Shown: positions 28,279-39,321 of the stretch, piece by piece
Layout of the letters: each line of letters starts with the position of its first letter
Position numbering within the stretch: the stretch's first letter is position 1
Assembly: GCA_965249555.1 (NCBI GenBank)
Contig: OZ252243.1
Location: 32,001 to 96,000, forward strand
Direction: 5' to 3'
Source of the DNA: Nitrosopumilus sp.
GTDB lineage: Archaea > Thermoproteota > Nitrososphaeria > Nitrososphaerales > Nitrosopumilaceae
Length of the DNA: 64,000 nucleotides
Translations under genes and position numbers: made by a program
The notes under the pieces: model-generated
The model's input: only the letters and a program-made list of their open reading frames with translations
What the model was told of the DNA's origin: nothing
Databases searched by the model: none

Positions 28279-29331
28279 ATGAAGAAAATTTTTGTGAATG
28301 GTTATGGATCTATTGGTAGCAGAATTACTTCTTTTCTTAAAGATGATCCTGAGATCACAGTTATTGGAGTTGCTAAATATTCCCCCGATGATAAAGTAGA
28401 GATTGCCAACTCTAGAGGGTTGAATGTATATGTGCCTGAAAGAAAATTAGATGATTTCTCAAATTGTAAAATTGCAGGGACTGTTGAATCTGCACTTGAT
28501 GGTTGTGATTTGGTAATTGATGCATCTCCAGGCGGATATGGATACAAAAACAAAAAAAATCTCTATGAGCCAAAAAATATTTCTGCTATTTATCAAGGAG
28601 GGGAATCAATCATTGGGTCTGAAGCAGTTTCTGATTTACTGTTTAATTCTAGGGTAAATTATGATCATGTTATAGGTAAACAACATGTGATGCAAGGTAG
28701 TTGCAATGTAACTGGAATGGGAAAAATTCTAGAACCATTACGTGACAAGTTTGGGGATCAACTGATTCGCTTTGATGTGACCCTTATTAGGAGGTGGGCA
28801 GATATTGAACAAATTGATGAATCCATTTCAGACACTATAGCGATGACAGAAAAACCTCATCATGGTGATGATGTTAAGATGTATTTTGGAAAGGATGCAC
28901 CACTTTTTGTTAGAGCAATAAAAGTTCCAACAAGACAAATGCATTTGCACATAATGGATATCCGATTCAAGAATTTAGCCCCAAAACCCTCTGAAATTCA
29001 TGAAATTTTTACAAATGAATTCGGTGTTGCTACCTTGTGGACTGCAAAGGGTACCAAAGATGTGAGAGACTATGCTCAAAATATGAGTTTTAATTTTACA
29101 GATACAAACATGATTCACATTCATGCTAACATGACAACTTCGATAGGGGATACAGTTCAAATGATGTATTCTGATGATCAAACAGGTATTGTGATTCCTG
29201 AAAACCATATGTTGATGCAAGCAATGCTATTTGAAAAATCATATGAAGACGCATTTGAGCATACAGAATCAATTTTTCACATAAAAGAAAAAAAGCAAAA
29301 ACTACAAGAACATTTTGCAAAAAAAGACTAG
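28279..29331 (+). CDS. gap: Archaeal type II glyceraldehyde-3-phosphate dehydrogenase
   Basis: VNGYGSIGSRI Rossmann motif, IYQGGE, catalytic GSCNVTG, IVIPEN. Confidence 0.95.
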   Translation: MKKIFVNGYGSIGSRITSFLKDDPEITVIGVAKYSPDDKVEIANSRGLNVYVPERKLDDFSNCKIAGTVESALDGCDLVIDASPGGYGYKNKKNLYEPKNISAIYQGGESIIGSEAVSDLLFNSRVNYDHVIGKQHVMQGSCNVTGMGKILEPLRDKFGDQLIRFDVTLIRRWADIEQIDESISDTIAMTEKPHHGDDVKMYFGKDAPLFVRAIKVPTRQMHLHIMDIRFKNLAPKPSEIHEIFTNEFGVATLWTAKGTKDVRDYAQNMSFNFTDTNMIHIHANMTTSIGDTVQMMYSDDQTGIVIPENHMLMQAMLFEKSYEDAFEHTESIFHIKEKKQKLQEHFAKKD

Positions 29332-30581
29332 TGTCTAATTCTTTCAATTCTAATTTTTTGAGGAATATTTTTTGAAACTTTTTCAACAATTATTCTAAGT
29401 TCTTTTAATTCTATCTTATCTCCTTCTTGTGGAATATCTTTGAGTCTTTCATGAAGTAGTCCATTAAGTGATGCATAATCATCTCCTTCTGGAATGTTGG
29501 TCTTGAAAATTTCATTAATAAGATCAATTTCAATATCACCATTAGTGATTATTGTATCTTGATCAATTTTTTCATATTCTGCTGGTCTAGGCAAGTCTGT
29601 TTCATCTTCAATTTCACCTACAATTTCTTCAACCAAGTCTTCTAAGGTAACCAAACCCTCTACACCATTATGTTCATCAACAACAATTGCCATGTGCGTT
29701 CTTCTTCCTTGCATCTCCTTTAACAAAGAACTGACCATCTTTTCTTGAGATGCAAAAACAGGTTTTCTTGCAATCTGTTCTAGACTTGTCATCTTGTTGT
29801 CTTTTTCCAATTCTTTAAGAATATCTCTTGCATGAATGAATCCCACAATGTCATCCTTTGTATTCCCATAAATTGGAATTCTTGAATGTCCACTTTGATT
29901 AATTTGTGGTAATGCTTCAAAAAGTAACATTTTTGAATTAAGTGTAAACATCTTTGTTCTAGGAGTCATTACAGAACGAATTACAGTATCATCAAATTTT
30001 AAAGCACCATGAACTAACTGCATCTCTTCTTTCTCAATTGCTTTTTCTGCTAATCCTTGATCAATAACTCCTTTGATATCTTCTTCAGTAATTGGTGGAG
30101 GGGCATAGCTACTCCCAGTTAACTTTACTACTCCTCGTGTAATAATCTCAAAAAATTTTACAACTGGGTAAAACACATAACTAAATGCTAATAACACCGG
30201 AGCATATCTTAGTGCAATTTTAGTGGAATTTGCATTACAATATGTCTTTGGAGTAATTTCACCAAATACAAGAATCAAAAATGTCATCACACCAATTGCA
30301 ATTCCCAATCCGTCATTTCCAAATAATCTGATTGCCAAACTTGTTGCAAGTGCAGAAGCTCCTACATTTACAAGGTTATTACCAAGATTTACACTTGACA
30401 TCATCCAACTTGGATTTGTTTTTAATTTGTGTAATGCTTTTGAGCCTTTTTTTCCTTCTTGAAAAAGTTGGATTACTTTCGATTTGCTAATTCCCACCAG
30501 TGCGACTTCTAAACCGCTAAAAAATCCAGATAGTCCGATGAGAGCAGATAATGTTACAATTTCAACCCATAAATCTACCAT
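29328..30581 (-). CDS. Hemolysin-family CNNM (DUF21)-CBS-CorC membrane protein
   Basis: SGFFSGLEVAL, VFGEITPK, VMTPR, HSRIPIY, VVDEHNGVEGLVTLEDLVEEIVGEIEDE. Confidence 0.95.
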   Translation of the reverse strand: MVDLWVEIVTLSALIGLSGFFSGLEVALVGISKSKVIQLFQEGKKGSKALHKLKTNPSWMMSSVNLGNNLVNVGASALATSLAIRLFGNDGLGIAIGVMTFLILVFGEITPKTYCNANSTKIALRYAPVLLAFSYVFYPVVKFFEIITRGVVKLTGSSYAPPPITEEDIKGVIDQGLAEKAIEKEEMQLVHGALKFDDTVIRSVMTPRTKMFTLNSKMLLFEALPQINQSGHSRIPIYGNTKDDIVGFIHARDILKELEKDNKMTSLEQIARKPVFASQEKMVSSLLKEMQGRRTHMAIVVDEHNGVEGLVTLEDLVEEIVGEIEDETDLPRPAEYEKIDQDTIITNGDIEIDLINEIFKTNIPEGDDYASLNGLLHERLKDIPQEGDKIELKELRIIVEKVSKNIPQKIRIERIRH

Positions 30582-30733
30582 GATATCCTCCGAAAAAATT
30601 TCTTAGAACAACTACACAAATTATTCATTTAGTTTTTTAACACCATCTTTTGGGTATAATATTTTTGTAAAACTTGGATTTAACTCTTGAGATATTATGA
30701 CTGTTCAAAATTAATTAGAACCAGAAGACGAGC

Positions 30734-32125
30734 CTAATTTTTTGGCGGTTTTGCAAATTTATTTTCAGGATTGTTATGATATTCTACAGGAAGCATTGCA
30801 TCTTTTTGTCGGCCTGTGAGAATTCCAACTACTACGTCATCTTTTTTGATTATGCCTTCATTGATTAATTTCTTAATTCCTACAACTGTTGCCCCTGATG
30901 CCATCTCACAATCAAAACCATTTAGACCTACCACAGACATGCCATCAAGCATCTCGGAGTCTGAAACTGTTGTTACTATCCCATTTGTAAATTCCAATGC
31001 ACGTAAACCTTTCAAAATATTTGTAGGTCTACCAATTTGTATTGCAGTAGCTTTGGTTTTGGGGCGTATTCCTTCTTTATCTAAATGATCATAGTATCTT
31101 GATATTAATTCAGTATCGGGCTTACCTTTATTCCATCTAAGTTCTTCACCTTCAAACTTTCCATTATACAAATCAGATAATGTATTTGCACCTTCAGAAT
31201 TTATGACTGCAATTCGTGGGATTTTTTTAATCCAACCCCATTCATACAATTCAATTAATGCCTTTCCACAACTTGAAGTATTTCCTAAAGCCCCTCCTGG
31301 ATAGACAATCCAATCTGGAGCTTCCCAATTAAGATATTCCAATGCTCTAAATGGAATTGTTTTTTGTCCCTCAATTCTAAATGGATTAATAGAGTTTACA
31401 GTATATCCGTCATGATTTTGTACATTTTCTAATGATTGTTTTAATGCATCATCAAAATTTCCATCAACTTCTACAATTTGAGCTCCAAATTGATATGCTT
31501 GACTAAGTTTTCCTGGAGCAATTTGACCTGCAGGAATATAGACATCACAGTTCATACCCTCATTTGCAGCAAACATTCCTGCAGAAGCTGATGTATTACC
31601 AGTTGATGCACAAACAATTCTTTTTGCACCAATCATTTTTGCATGAGTAACAGCAGTAGCCATACCGTTATCTTTGAAAGAACCACTTGGATTGTATCCT
31701 TCAGGCTGTAACCATAAATTTTCATTTGAGGTTCCTGCAAATTTTGCAGCTTTTGACATTTGATATGGCTTTGATTGTCTTCCTTCTGCCCCGTCAAGTG
31801 ATACTAGATATTTTGAACACTCTTCAATATTTTCAGTATCTATCTGACAAAAATTTATTAATTCTCTAAATCTCCAAACCCCACTTTCATTGAAAATATT
31901 TCCTTGTGAATTTCGTCTTTTGTAAAATACTTCCTTTAAGGTATCTGATGGCTTGTTTTTGTATTTTACATCTAACATGTGACCTTGTTCACATTGTACA
32001 TTTGTACTCTCGATTGGGTATTCTAACCCACATTGTGGATCAATACACTTGAGATAAGCATCACCTTGCATCGTCATTACAGACAATTGGTGATAATTTA
32101 AAGCAAATGTGTAAATTTTGTACAA
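30734..32125 (-). CDS. thrC: Threonine synthase (true start probably about 32069-32075)
   Basis: NPSGSFKDNG PLP lysine, CASTGNTSAS, NSINPFRIEGQKT. Confidence 0.93.
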   Translation of the reverse strand: MYKIYTFALNYHQLSVMTMQGDAYLKCIDPQCGLEYPIESTNVQCEQGHMLDVKYKNKPSDTLKEVFYKRRNSQGNIFNESGVWRFRELINFCQIDTENIEECSKYLVSLDGAEGRQSKPYQMSKAAKFAGTSNENLWLQPEGYNPSGSFKDNGMATAVTHAKMIGAKRIVCASTGNTSASAGMFAANEGMNCDVYIPAGQIAPGKLSQAYQFGAQIVEVDGNFDDALKQSLENVQNHDGYTVNSINPFRIEGQKTIPFRALEYLNWEAPDWIVYPGGALGNTSSCGKALIELYEWGWIKKIPRIAVINSEGANTLSDLYNGKFEGEELRWNKGKPDTELISRYYDHLDKEGIRPKTKATAIQIGRPTNILKGLRALEFTNGIVTTVSDSEMLDGMSVVGLNGFDCEMASGATVVGIKKLINEGIIKKDDVVVGILTGRQKDAMLPVEYHNNPENKFAKPPKN

Positions 32126-32175
32126 GTCAAGCTATTTTTCCTAAACTTTAGATTAGATTATACTGAAAAATAATT

Positions 32176-32550
32176 ATGGTTACTTATAATGAATATCTAA
32201 AAAACATACTAAAACAGATATTGGATTCTTACAACATACTTAAAGAAATTGAAGATAAGGAAGAAGATCTCAATAATATCAAAAAACAGATGTTAAAAAT
32301 TAATGGATTCTTAAAAGTGGTATCAAAAAAAATTGATAGTGAAAAAATTAGTTCATCTAATTTTAAGATAGTAAAATCCAAATTTCAGTATTATTTGGAC
32401 AATTATTACTTTGAGCAAGAAATTGAAACTATGGCGCCATTGTATTCAAATGATCTTAACAGAGTAAAAAATATGAGATTAAAGATATTGGAAGCCCTTG
32501 AAGATCAAAAAATGATGGATGAAGTTGTGGAATTAATCGAAAAAATATGA
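32176..32550 (+). CDS. Conserved hypothetical protein (124 aa)
   Basis: ORF track. Confidence 0.8.
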   Translation: MVTYNEYLKNILKQILDSYNILKEIEDKEEDLNNIKKQMLKINGFLKVVSKKIDSEKISSSNFKIVKSKFQYYLDNYYFEQEIETMAPLYSNDLNRVKNMRLKILEALEDQKMMDEVVELIEKI

Positions 32551-32651
32551 CTGATAAAAAATGTGTATTGTGTGGTTGTAAAGATCATAAATTATTTGGT
32601 TGTTCAAGACATATTTCAAAAAAGTGCAGTTGTTACAATAAACATGATTAA
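32547..32651 (+). CDS. Cys/His-rich microprotein (34 aa) MTDKKCVLCGCKDHKLFGCSRHISKKCSCYNKHD
   Basis: Hand translation; ATGA overlap with the upstream gene; 6 Cys, 3 His. Confidence 0.55.
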   Translation: MTDKKCVLCGCKDHKLFGCSRHISKKCSCYNKHD

Positions 32652-32664
32652 GTTAAACAAATAA

Positions 32665-32781
32665 TTATTTTCGTTTCGGCCCTGATCTTTCGTGGAAATT
32701 TAAACAGCATGTACATTCTTTTTCAAGACATTCTGATTCACTATGATGATCACAAATCCCACATTCACAGCTTCTAGACAT
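32665..32781 (-). CDS. Cys/His-rich microprotein (38 aa) MSRSCECGICDHHSESECLEKECTCCLNFHERSGPKRK
   Basis: Hand translation; 7 Cys, 3 His; metallothionein-like. Confidence 0.6.
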   Translation of the reverse strand: MSRSCECGICDHHSESECLEKECTCCLNFHERSGPKRK

Positions 32782-32849
32782 GATGATAGTTATCTTATTT
32801 AGAATATAATGTATGCCTTGATTTTTTATGAGTTCAAGGTCAAATGGGA

Positions 32850-33167
32850 TTATTTTTTAGATTTTGATTTTTTTCTAGGTTTTTCTTTTCCTTCTAATTC
32901 CTTCACAATTTCTGCTGCCTTTGTATCTACTGCTTTGATAATCTCTTGAATAAGTCCATCAAGATCACTATCCTCTGCTGTAGGTTCTACATTACTTGCA
33001 ATATCATTAATGGTACTTGAAATTTCTGCACTAACATCTTCAAAGCTTTCAGGATCTTCATATGCTGCATTATAGAGATTTTTGAGATTGTTTATTTGAC
33101 CTATTACTTGATCTGTCAATACAACTTTGTAATCGGTTCCATTTACCTCAAATTCTTTTGAACTCAT
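32850..33167 (-). CDS. Conserved thaumarchaeal hypothetical protein (105 aa)
   Basis: ORF track. Confidence 0.8.
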   Translation of the reverse strand: MSSKEFEVNGTDYKVVLTDQVIGQINNLKNLYNAAYEDPESFEDVSAEISSTINDIASNVEPTAEDSDLDGLIQEIIKAVDTKAAEIVKELEGKEKPRKKSKSKK

Positions 33168-33241
33168 ATACTCATTTTCAAATTCTTTTGTTTATAATGT
33201 TTTTCAGATGTTAATCATCAAATGTTTGATAGTGTATCTGA

Positions 33242-33691
33242 TCAAAATACAATATATTCTAGTGCATGAGCATCGCTAATTAATCGGGTATGATATGATT
33301 TTAAAACATATCCGTTTTTAATATAGTCTACTGGAACCCATCTGTTTGTTGAAGTATAATGCCTCTTTTCAGCTAACTCTCTTTCAATAGATTCAATATC
33401 AAATTCACCTTCTTCAACTTGTTGTGTTTCAAGATGTTTGATTGTCACAAGAATTTTTGTTATTTTAACACGGTCTCCAAGTTTCCATCTTAGATGAGGA
33501 ACCTCATCTGACACTTCCAGTACTTTGATCTTCATTTGTTTTTTTCCAAAAGTATCATAACTGATCAATGTTCTCTCATCAGTAAATTCTTCAAAACTCA
33601 TTCGTGAACTGACTTCTGCATCAGAAACTGTCTCTAACAGTGATTCTGAGCTTATTTCAGTTGATTTAACATCATTATCTTCTTCAGTCAA
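33242..33691 (-). CDS. Conserved hypothetical protein (149 aa)
   Basis: ORF track. Confidence 0.78.
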   Translation of the reverse strand: MTEEDNDVKSTEISSESLLETVSDAEVSSRMSFEEFTDERTLISYDTFGKKQMKIKVLEVSDEVPHLRWKLGDRVKITKILVTIKHLETQQVEEGEFDIESIERELAEKRHYTSTNRWVPVDYIKNGYVLKSYHTRLISDAHALEYIVF

Positions 33692-33742
33692 TATTGATCT
33701 TCATATTTTATCCTTAAAAAACTATTTGAAAATTAACTTCGA

Positions 33743-34315
33743 TTAGATACTATTCCTTTGTTTTGTCTTAAATGGCATTAAACATTCCTTGAGGAAAAGT
33801 TCTTTTCTTGTACCATCTATTTTTGCAAAAAATCTGCCTTCATATGTACAGACACAATCTGTGATTTCTAGAGACTCATCCCAAATTTTGTAGAATTCTC
33901 TTAATTCTCGACTTTCATATTCTCCCACGCCTATTCTTTTCTTTGAGAGAAATTTGAATGCCAAAAGCACATTTCTTTTTTTGAAAATATCAAATGTCTT
34001 AATCCATTCTAAACATCGCTCAATTTGATCTGCTGGGACTAGAAGCGATGTACTAGTTCCAGATTTTGCCTCTATTGTGTATATTGTGTTCTCTTCTGTA
34101 CTTATTGCCAATACGTCTGGTAATGCAATACTTGGAGACCCAAGCCTAAATGCCTTCCATTTTTCTGTACTATTGAATCGTTTTACTAACGTATCTTCCC
34201 AGTGATATCCTCTTTGTCGACGTAGTCTAGATGCCTTTTGGTTATTCTTTTTGTTTTTTTTAATAGTTTTTTGTTTTGAAATTGTTAATGCTAGTGATTT
34301 TGCTCTCAATGACAA
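33743..34315 (-). CDS. Hjc-like PD-(D/E)xK resolvase/nuclease
   Basis: RGYHWEDTLV...LPDVLA...TIEAKS motif. Confidence 0.85.
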   Translation of the reverse strand: MSLRAKSLALTISKQKTIKKNKKNNQKASRLRRQRGYHWEDTLVKRFNSTEKWKAFRLGSPSIALPDVLAISTEENTIYTIEAKSGTSTSLLVPADQIERCLEWIKTFDIFKKRNVLLAFKFLSKKRIGVGEYESRELREFYKIWDESLEITDCVCTYEGRFFAKIDGTRKELFLKECLMPFKTKQRNSI

Positions 34316-34415
34316 ATTGTTCTCATATTAGGTATAGTAAAGCTGGTAATTACATAATTACTTGGGGGTTTTGATAAAAAACGATAATTTTCTTAACATT
34401 ATTTTACACCTAATT

Positions 34416-35222
34416 CTATCTTCTCTTCAGATAATCAGACAATATCTTATCTGCCATCTCTACAACTTCGATATCTTTTCTCACAGCCAAACTACGCAGT
34501 TTCCGGGCATTGCCCTTGTTTAACAAAATAACAACTCTCTGTTGGAGTAATCCACTCTTTGCTTTCTTGAGCAACTTGAGGTGAGATGATTTTGGACTAC
34601 GACTCAAAACCTTGAGATACCCTCTTCGTAGTTTCTGGTCCAGTGGAATGATCTTCTCTGCAACAGATACAGCCTTTGATAGATTTGGGATGACCTGATA
34701 TAATTTCACACAATCATCACGAGACAGCTCCTTTGGTACAAACTGCCTCAATCTATCTGGAACTGCTGCAAATCCAAGGTATTTCTTGAGAGTTTGTGAT
34801 GACATTCCTAGTGATTTTGCAGCTTTTGACTTTCCAACTGATTCTGTCAAAAATACACATGCTGCCGTCATGTCCTTTGTGTTCATTTTGTTTCGATGCA
34901 GGTTCTCAACCACTGATGCTGCCTTTGCATCCTGTACATCATATTTCGTGGAATTATTCAGTAATAGTACGGGTATCTTCTTTGCACCCAACCTTTTCAG
35001 GGCAGCAAGCCTTCTCTGGCCAGACATTAGCAGGTAAGAGTTCTTTCCATTTCTCTGGACCATTGGCGGATTCTGCAATCCCTCATTTTTTATTGATTTT
35101 GCAAGTTCTGCGATTCCTTCCCTGTCTAGTTTTCTTGCCTGGGCATCCTTCCATATTTTGATGTATTTAATGGGAATTTCCTTTAATCGATAAGTAATTG
35201 GGGAGTTGTATCTTTTAGCCAT
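34416..35222 (-). CDS. ParB/Spo0J-family protein
   Basis: LAKSIKNEGLQNPPMV, SGQRRLAA, VENLHR, HTH region. Confidence 0.92.
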   Translation of the reverse strand: MAKRYNSPITYRLKEIPIKYIKIWKDAQARKLDREGIAELAKSIKNEGLQNPPMVQRNGKNSYLLMSGQRRLAALKRLGAKKIPVLLLNNSTKYDVQDAKAASVVENLHRNKMNTKDMTAACVFLTESVGKSKAAKSLGMSSQTLKKYLGFAAVPDRLRQFVPKELSRDDCVKLYQVIPNLSKAVSVAEKIIPLDQKLRRGYLKVLSRSPKSSHLKLLKKAKSGLLQQRVVILLNKGNARKLRSLAVRKDIEVVEMADKILSDYLKRR

Positions 35223-35504
35223 GATTATACCAATAACTGACTCTTGTTAAAAAGAGTAGTTTATGAATTGTTGACAAAAAGAGAAATTCTGAACAATGAT
35301 TCTAAAACTTACATACCATTACCAACAAAATCCAAGCATTTTACATGATATTATCTACGTGTCTATGGTGTTCCAGACAGAACAACGTACTTTTTGACTT
35401 TGCTCTCCATAAATGTAATTTTAGTCAAGAATTATTCCGTGATATATTAATCACTGAATTTTTGAAGAGAAAAAATATAAACTGTAAGTGGATTAGAAAT
35501 AAAA

Positions 35505-35831
35505 TTGAAAACAGATACTGATTATAAAACCATGGCAACTGACTTGATTAATGCAGGAATGGGTGATAAAGGCAGGCTGGAATTCATCTTGGAATGCATC
35601 CAAAAAAACAAGCCCCTCTATACCACTGATGAGAGATACCTGATACAAAAATATGACACATTTGAGGCAAAACTTGAGATGCTATCAGGCAAGAAAAAGA
35701 CCAAGACATTACTATCAGATGATATGCTAGATGAGGTTGTGGATAAAGCAATATCTAAATCAGAAAAAGACTCTGAAATTATCCTACCTCGGAAGAGGAA
35801 ATCATTTCTTGGCAAACTGTTTAGAAAATAA
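35505..35831 (+). CDS. Thaumarchaeal hypothetical protein (GDKGRLEFI motif)
   Basis: ORF track. Confidence 0.75.
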   Translation: MKTDTDYKTMATDLINAGMGDKGRLEFILECIQKNKPLYTTDERYLIQKYDTFEAKLEMLSGKKKTKTLLSDDMLDEVVDKAISKSEKDSEIILPRKRKSFLGKLFRK

Positions 35832-36035
35832 TAACAAGATTATAAAATTCTCATTGATGAAATGTTAAAATTTATTTCAGTTATTTCTTAGTAAAAATGC
35901 GTTCCATTTCTGACATGAAATCCAATTTTTGTAAATCAGGGTTCCTTTTGATGCAGGTTTGTCTAATCCCAAATCAGTACGTGAAGCAATTTTCATAAAT
36001 TTTGGCCAAGATGCAAAGGTATAATCATACATATT

Positions 36036-37149
36036 TGAGACATGGGCATAATGATTTACAAAAAAACCAAAACTTTTCTCTAACAACAAAGCATTCTTTT
36101 CACAATCCTTGGATTCTCACTTTTAATTACACAGTTACAATACACTGCCAACTGATACGCCAGCACGCAAATCAGCACGAATGATTGTACGTTCTCAAGT
36201 CCTTTCACCAGAACTGTTCTAATGCTAAACGTATCCTTGATTGTTTCAAAGAGTGCTTCAATTGATTTTCCCTGAGAATATAGTTTCCGACCAACTGCTG
36301 AATTGTAAAACCCTGTCAACTTTGTTCTGTCTGGTGGACGTAGAATGGTATTTTTTGACTGGACAGATCAATCTCATGGCATTATTCTTAGCTGACTCGT
36401 ATGGTTTGGAATCATCATATGCCGGATCACACCATATACTATTCATCAATCCAGAAAGTGACCCGATCAATTTCTCATATGGCTTGACATCATGAACATT
36501 TGCAGCAGTTACACATGGCAGATAATGGAACTAGCCTCTCCTGTACTATACCTCATGTGTAGTTTGTATCCATACGCCCAACCCCTTGATTTGGAGAATC
36601 CTCACAATTGGTAAGTGATTTTTTTTGATGTCTGATTTGTGCCATACTGGACCTGAAGCTTTTAGCATTGAACTATCAACTGATGCTGATTCACCATTCA
36701 CCAATCCTTCTGAGACAAACAAACCTCCTACAGTGTTAATAATTTCATTGATTGGCAAGTATTGAAATCTTCTGTCAATTGTCCTTCTGTCAGGGATTTA
36801 ATCTGCAAACCTTGAGTAATTTGTCATTGGTACATTTGATTGAGAGAAAATAATGCAGTGTGCTGTCACTTGGAATTCTCATCCATGACTTTATGATGAA
36901 TAACTGAACCATCAGAACAGTTGAATAGACATATGGCCGTCCTAGTCTCACTGCATTCTCATACAGATATAGTGTTCCAACCAGATACAAAATACTAATA
37001 AGAAATGACTCACATAGAATCTTGCTAGGGATTTTTATTTGTTTTGTAATCATTCCAATGAACAAAACATGATTGAGATCCTTGGCTTTTTCTATTTGAA
37101 TAATTTGAGAAATCGGTTAAAAATGAGAATTGATTATGCCCATGTCTCA
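36036..37149 (-). mobile_element. Near full-length IS982/IS5-like element, transposase pseudogenised
   Basis: TIR TGAGACATGGGCATAAT at 36036 and inverted ending at 37149; transposase split into several ORFs. Confidence 0.9.
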
Positions 37150-37229
37150 TTTATCTATCCTGAATAGTTACTATTAATTTTAAAATAGAGATAAGACAAT
37201 AAGTACAACAAAAAATATCATAAAGAGTA

Positions 37230-38036
37230 ATGAATTCAAGACAAAGTGAAAGAGGATTAATGCTTGTAGAAGATCCTCTATCAACATTAAAAGCATTATC
37301 AAATCAAAAAGATCCAATAATTACGTGGAAGTCATTTAAAAAACAATATGAAAAAGAAATTGATCGGGAGAAAAACCACGTAGATGAAAAAACTGTAGAT
37401 ACACATTTTTACACATTAACAACGTTCAATCTTTTAACGCCATTGGAAATAAAAGGACAATACAGACTTAGTTATTTAGGAAAAGATCTGTGTAAATTTT
37501 TGAATGATGGTGATCTTTCAAATTTGAAAGAAGGTCTTAAGGCAATCCTTCTAGGAAATTATATGAAAGGTAAATTATTTTCAGATTTTTTACAATTTGT
37601 TAACAAACCTAAAAACAAGAAAGAAGTTTTTGAAGAATTTAAAAATATTCCTGGAAGATCATTGATTGCTTGGTGTTATTTTGCAGAACTTATAGATCAA
37701 CAAAATGATGAAGTGTGGAAACTAAATCAAGATATACATAAAATTTCTTCAAAAGAATTTTATAATGTTTTTATTAAAACATTTAATGAAATGAAAAAAA
37801 CAAAAACATTTGCAGTTTCAAGATTGTTCATAAGTATAGATGAAATTCGAATAAATGTGTGTTATAATTTAGGTGGAATTTCAATAAATATATTTGATAA
37901 TTATCTGACTAAGCTACTTGATTCAGAAAGAGGTGATAAAATCAGATTATATGGTGCTCCTTCATCCGTATTTGAAGAGAGAAAAAACTTCATTTATAAA
38001 AATAAGTTATATGCACACATATCAGTAGGAATGTGA
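37230..38036 (+). CDS. Hypothetical protein, probable winged-helix domains (268 aa)
   Basis: ORF track; YRLSYLGK wing-like motif; 1 bp from the ATPase gene. Confidence 0.75.
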   Translation: MNSRQSERGLMLVEDPLSTLKALSNQKDPIITWKSFKKQYEKEIDREKNHVDEKTVDTHFYTLTTFNLLTPLEIKGQYRLSYLGKDLCKFLNDGDLSNLKEGLKAILLGNYMKGKLFSDFLQFVNKPKNKKEVFEEFKNIPGRSLIAWCYFAELIDQQNDEVWKLNQDIHKISSKEFYNVFIKTFNEMKKTKTFAVSRLFISIDEIRINVCYNLGGISINIFDNYLTKLLDSERGDKIRLYGAPSSVFEERKNFIYKNKLYAHISVGM

Positions 38037-38037
38037 T

Positions 38038-39303
38038 ATGGATACATCAGGTATTAATCTAAAGGATGAACAAAGAGATTATGAAAAATTCTTCCTAATT
38101 CGTAATCCTTTTCCTTCATTAGCAGTACCCGATGAAATACCACCTTTTACTGCAGATAGAGAGGAACCGATACGTAGATTCAAAGATGTTATTGTAGAAT
38201 TAACCAGAAATGATTCGACGTCAGTAAGTGTTATTGTGGGGGAGTACGGTAGTGGAAAAAGCCATTTATTTAGAGTCTTTAAACATGAAGTCAATCGACA
38301 ATTATTATCCACAAATGATGGAACTTTAGCTACAATTATAGGGTCTCCTGGAAATAATTTTGCAGATTTATTCTTCTCGTTTCTTGATGATATTGGACGT
38401 AATGCATTGACACAATATTCATCACAAATTATTTCAAATTATATAAAAAATAATAAAGATAATGTAAAGCAATATATTTCTAATTATGACCCACGTAATA
38501 AATTTTTGAATGACAATTTATCTTTAGAAGATTTTTTATTAAATTCCACTTACATAAACATCAACAAAGAAATTCGTAAAAATAAATTAAATCATGTAAA
38601 AGATGATGACATTGTTTTTGCATTTTTGAGTTTATCTCATCCTGAATATGGATCCATAGCATGGAAATGGTTTCAAGGAAGTAATATTAGTAAATCTGAA
38701 ATGGCACATATCAATGTAGGAAAAATAATTAAAGAACCTGAATTAGCATTTAGTCTTTTTGATGATTTTATTAAGATTATCTATTTTGTTGGTATAAAAT
38801 CACTAGTGATTCTTGTAGATGAACTAGAAAAAATTACATTTTTAACTAAAACCTCTAGAACAGAATATCAGGATATGTTAAGACATTGGATAGATACTTA
38901 TCCAAAAAATGTATGTTTTTATTTTTCAATTGCACCTCATCAATGGGATAATTTAGTTAAAGAACCCACTGCTCTAGTTCGCCGTCTATCTGGAAACTGG
39001 CATGTGTTGAAACCTTTTGAAGATGAAGAGGTAAAAGAATTGATTGAAAAATATCTACATTGGAGTAGGATTGATAATTTTAAATCAAAAGATGCCAAGA
39101 ATAAATTCCCAAATTGTGAACCCTCTTTAGTTCCATTTACGACTAAATCGATTGACCAAATTCAAAAAATATCAGATGGAAATGTATCTAATATCCTATT
39201 ATTATGTAGACAATGTTTAGAAATTTTATATGATGATGATAAATTTGATGTCATCACATCTGAATTGGTGAATACTTTAAGTAAACAAGAAGGTTTAGAT
39301 TAA
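38038..39303 (+). CDS. P-loop ATPase (BREX BrxD/DUF2791-like)
   Basis: RNPF, Walker A GEYGSGKSH, Walker B ILVDELE, ALVRRL arginine finger. Confidence 0.85.
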   Translation: MDTSGINLKDEQRDYEKFFLIRNPFPSLAVPDEIPPFTADREEPIRRFKDVIVELTRNDSTSVSVIVGEYGSGKSHLFRVFKHEVNRQLLSTNDGTLATIIGSPGNNFADLFFSFLDDIGRNALTQYSSQIISNYIKNNKDNVKQYISNYDPRNKFLNDNLSLEDFLLNSTYININKEIRKNKLNHVKDDDIVFAFLSLSHPEYGSIAWKWFQGSNISKSEMAHINVGKIIKEPELAFSLFDDFIKIIYFVGIKSLVILVDELEKITFLTKTSRTEYQDMLRHWIDTYPKNVCFYFSIAPHQWDNLVKEPTALVRRLSGNWHVLKPFEDEEVKELIEKYLHWSRIDNFKSKDAKNKFPNCEPSLVPFTTKSIDQIQKISDGNVSNILLLCRQCLEILYDDDKFDVITSELVNTLSKQEGLD

Positions 39304-39321
39304 TTTTATTGATGAAAAAAT

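Noticed and set aside
28279-32125. Genome-wide Leu/Phe->Ala codon reassignment as the explanation for the odd tRNAs
   Set aside because: Core proteins (GAPDH, ThrC, CNNM) read normally with the standard code, for example Phe in GSFKD; three different anticodons in accessory DNA do not fit a reassignment. Not formally tested.
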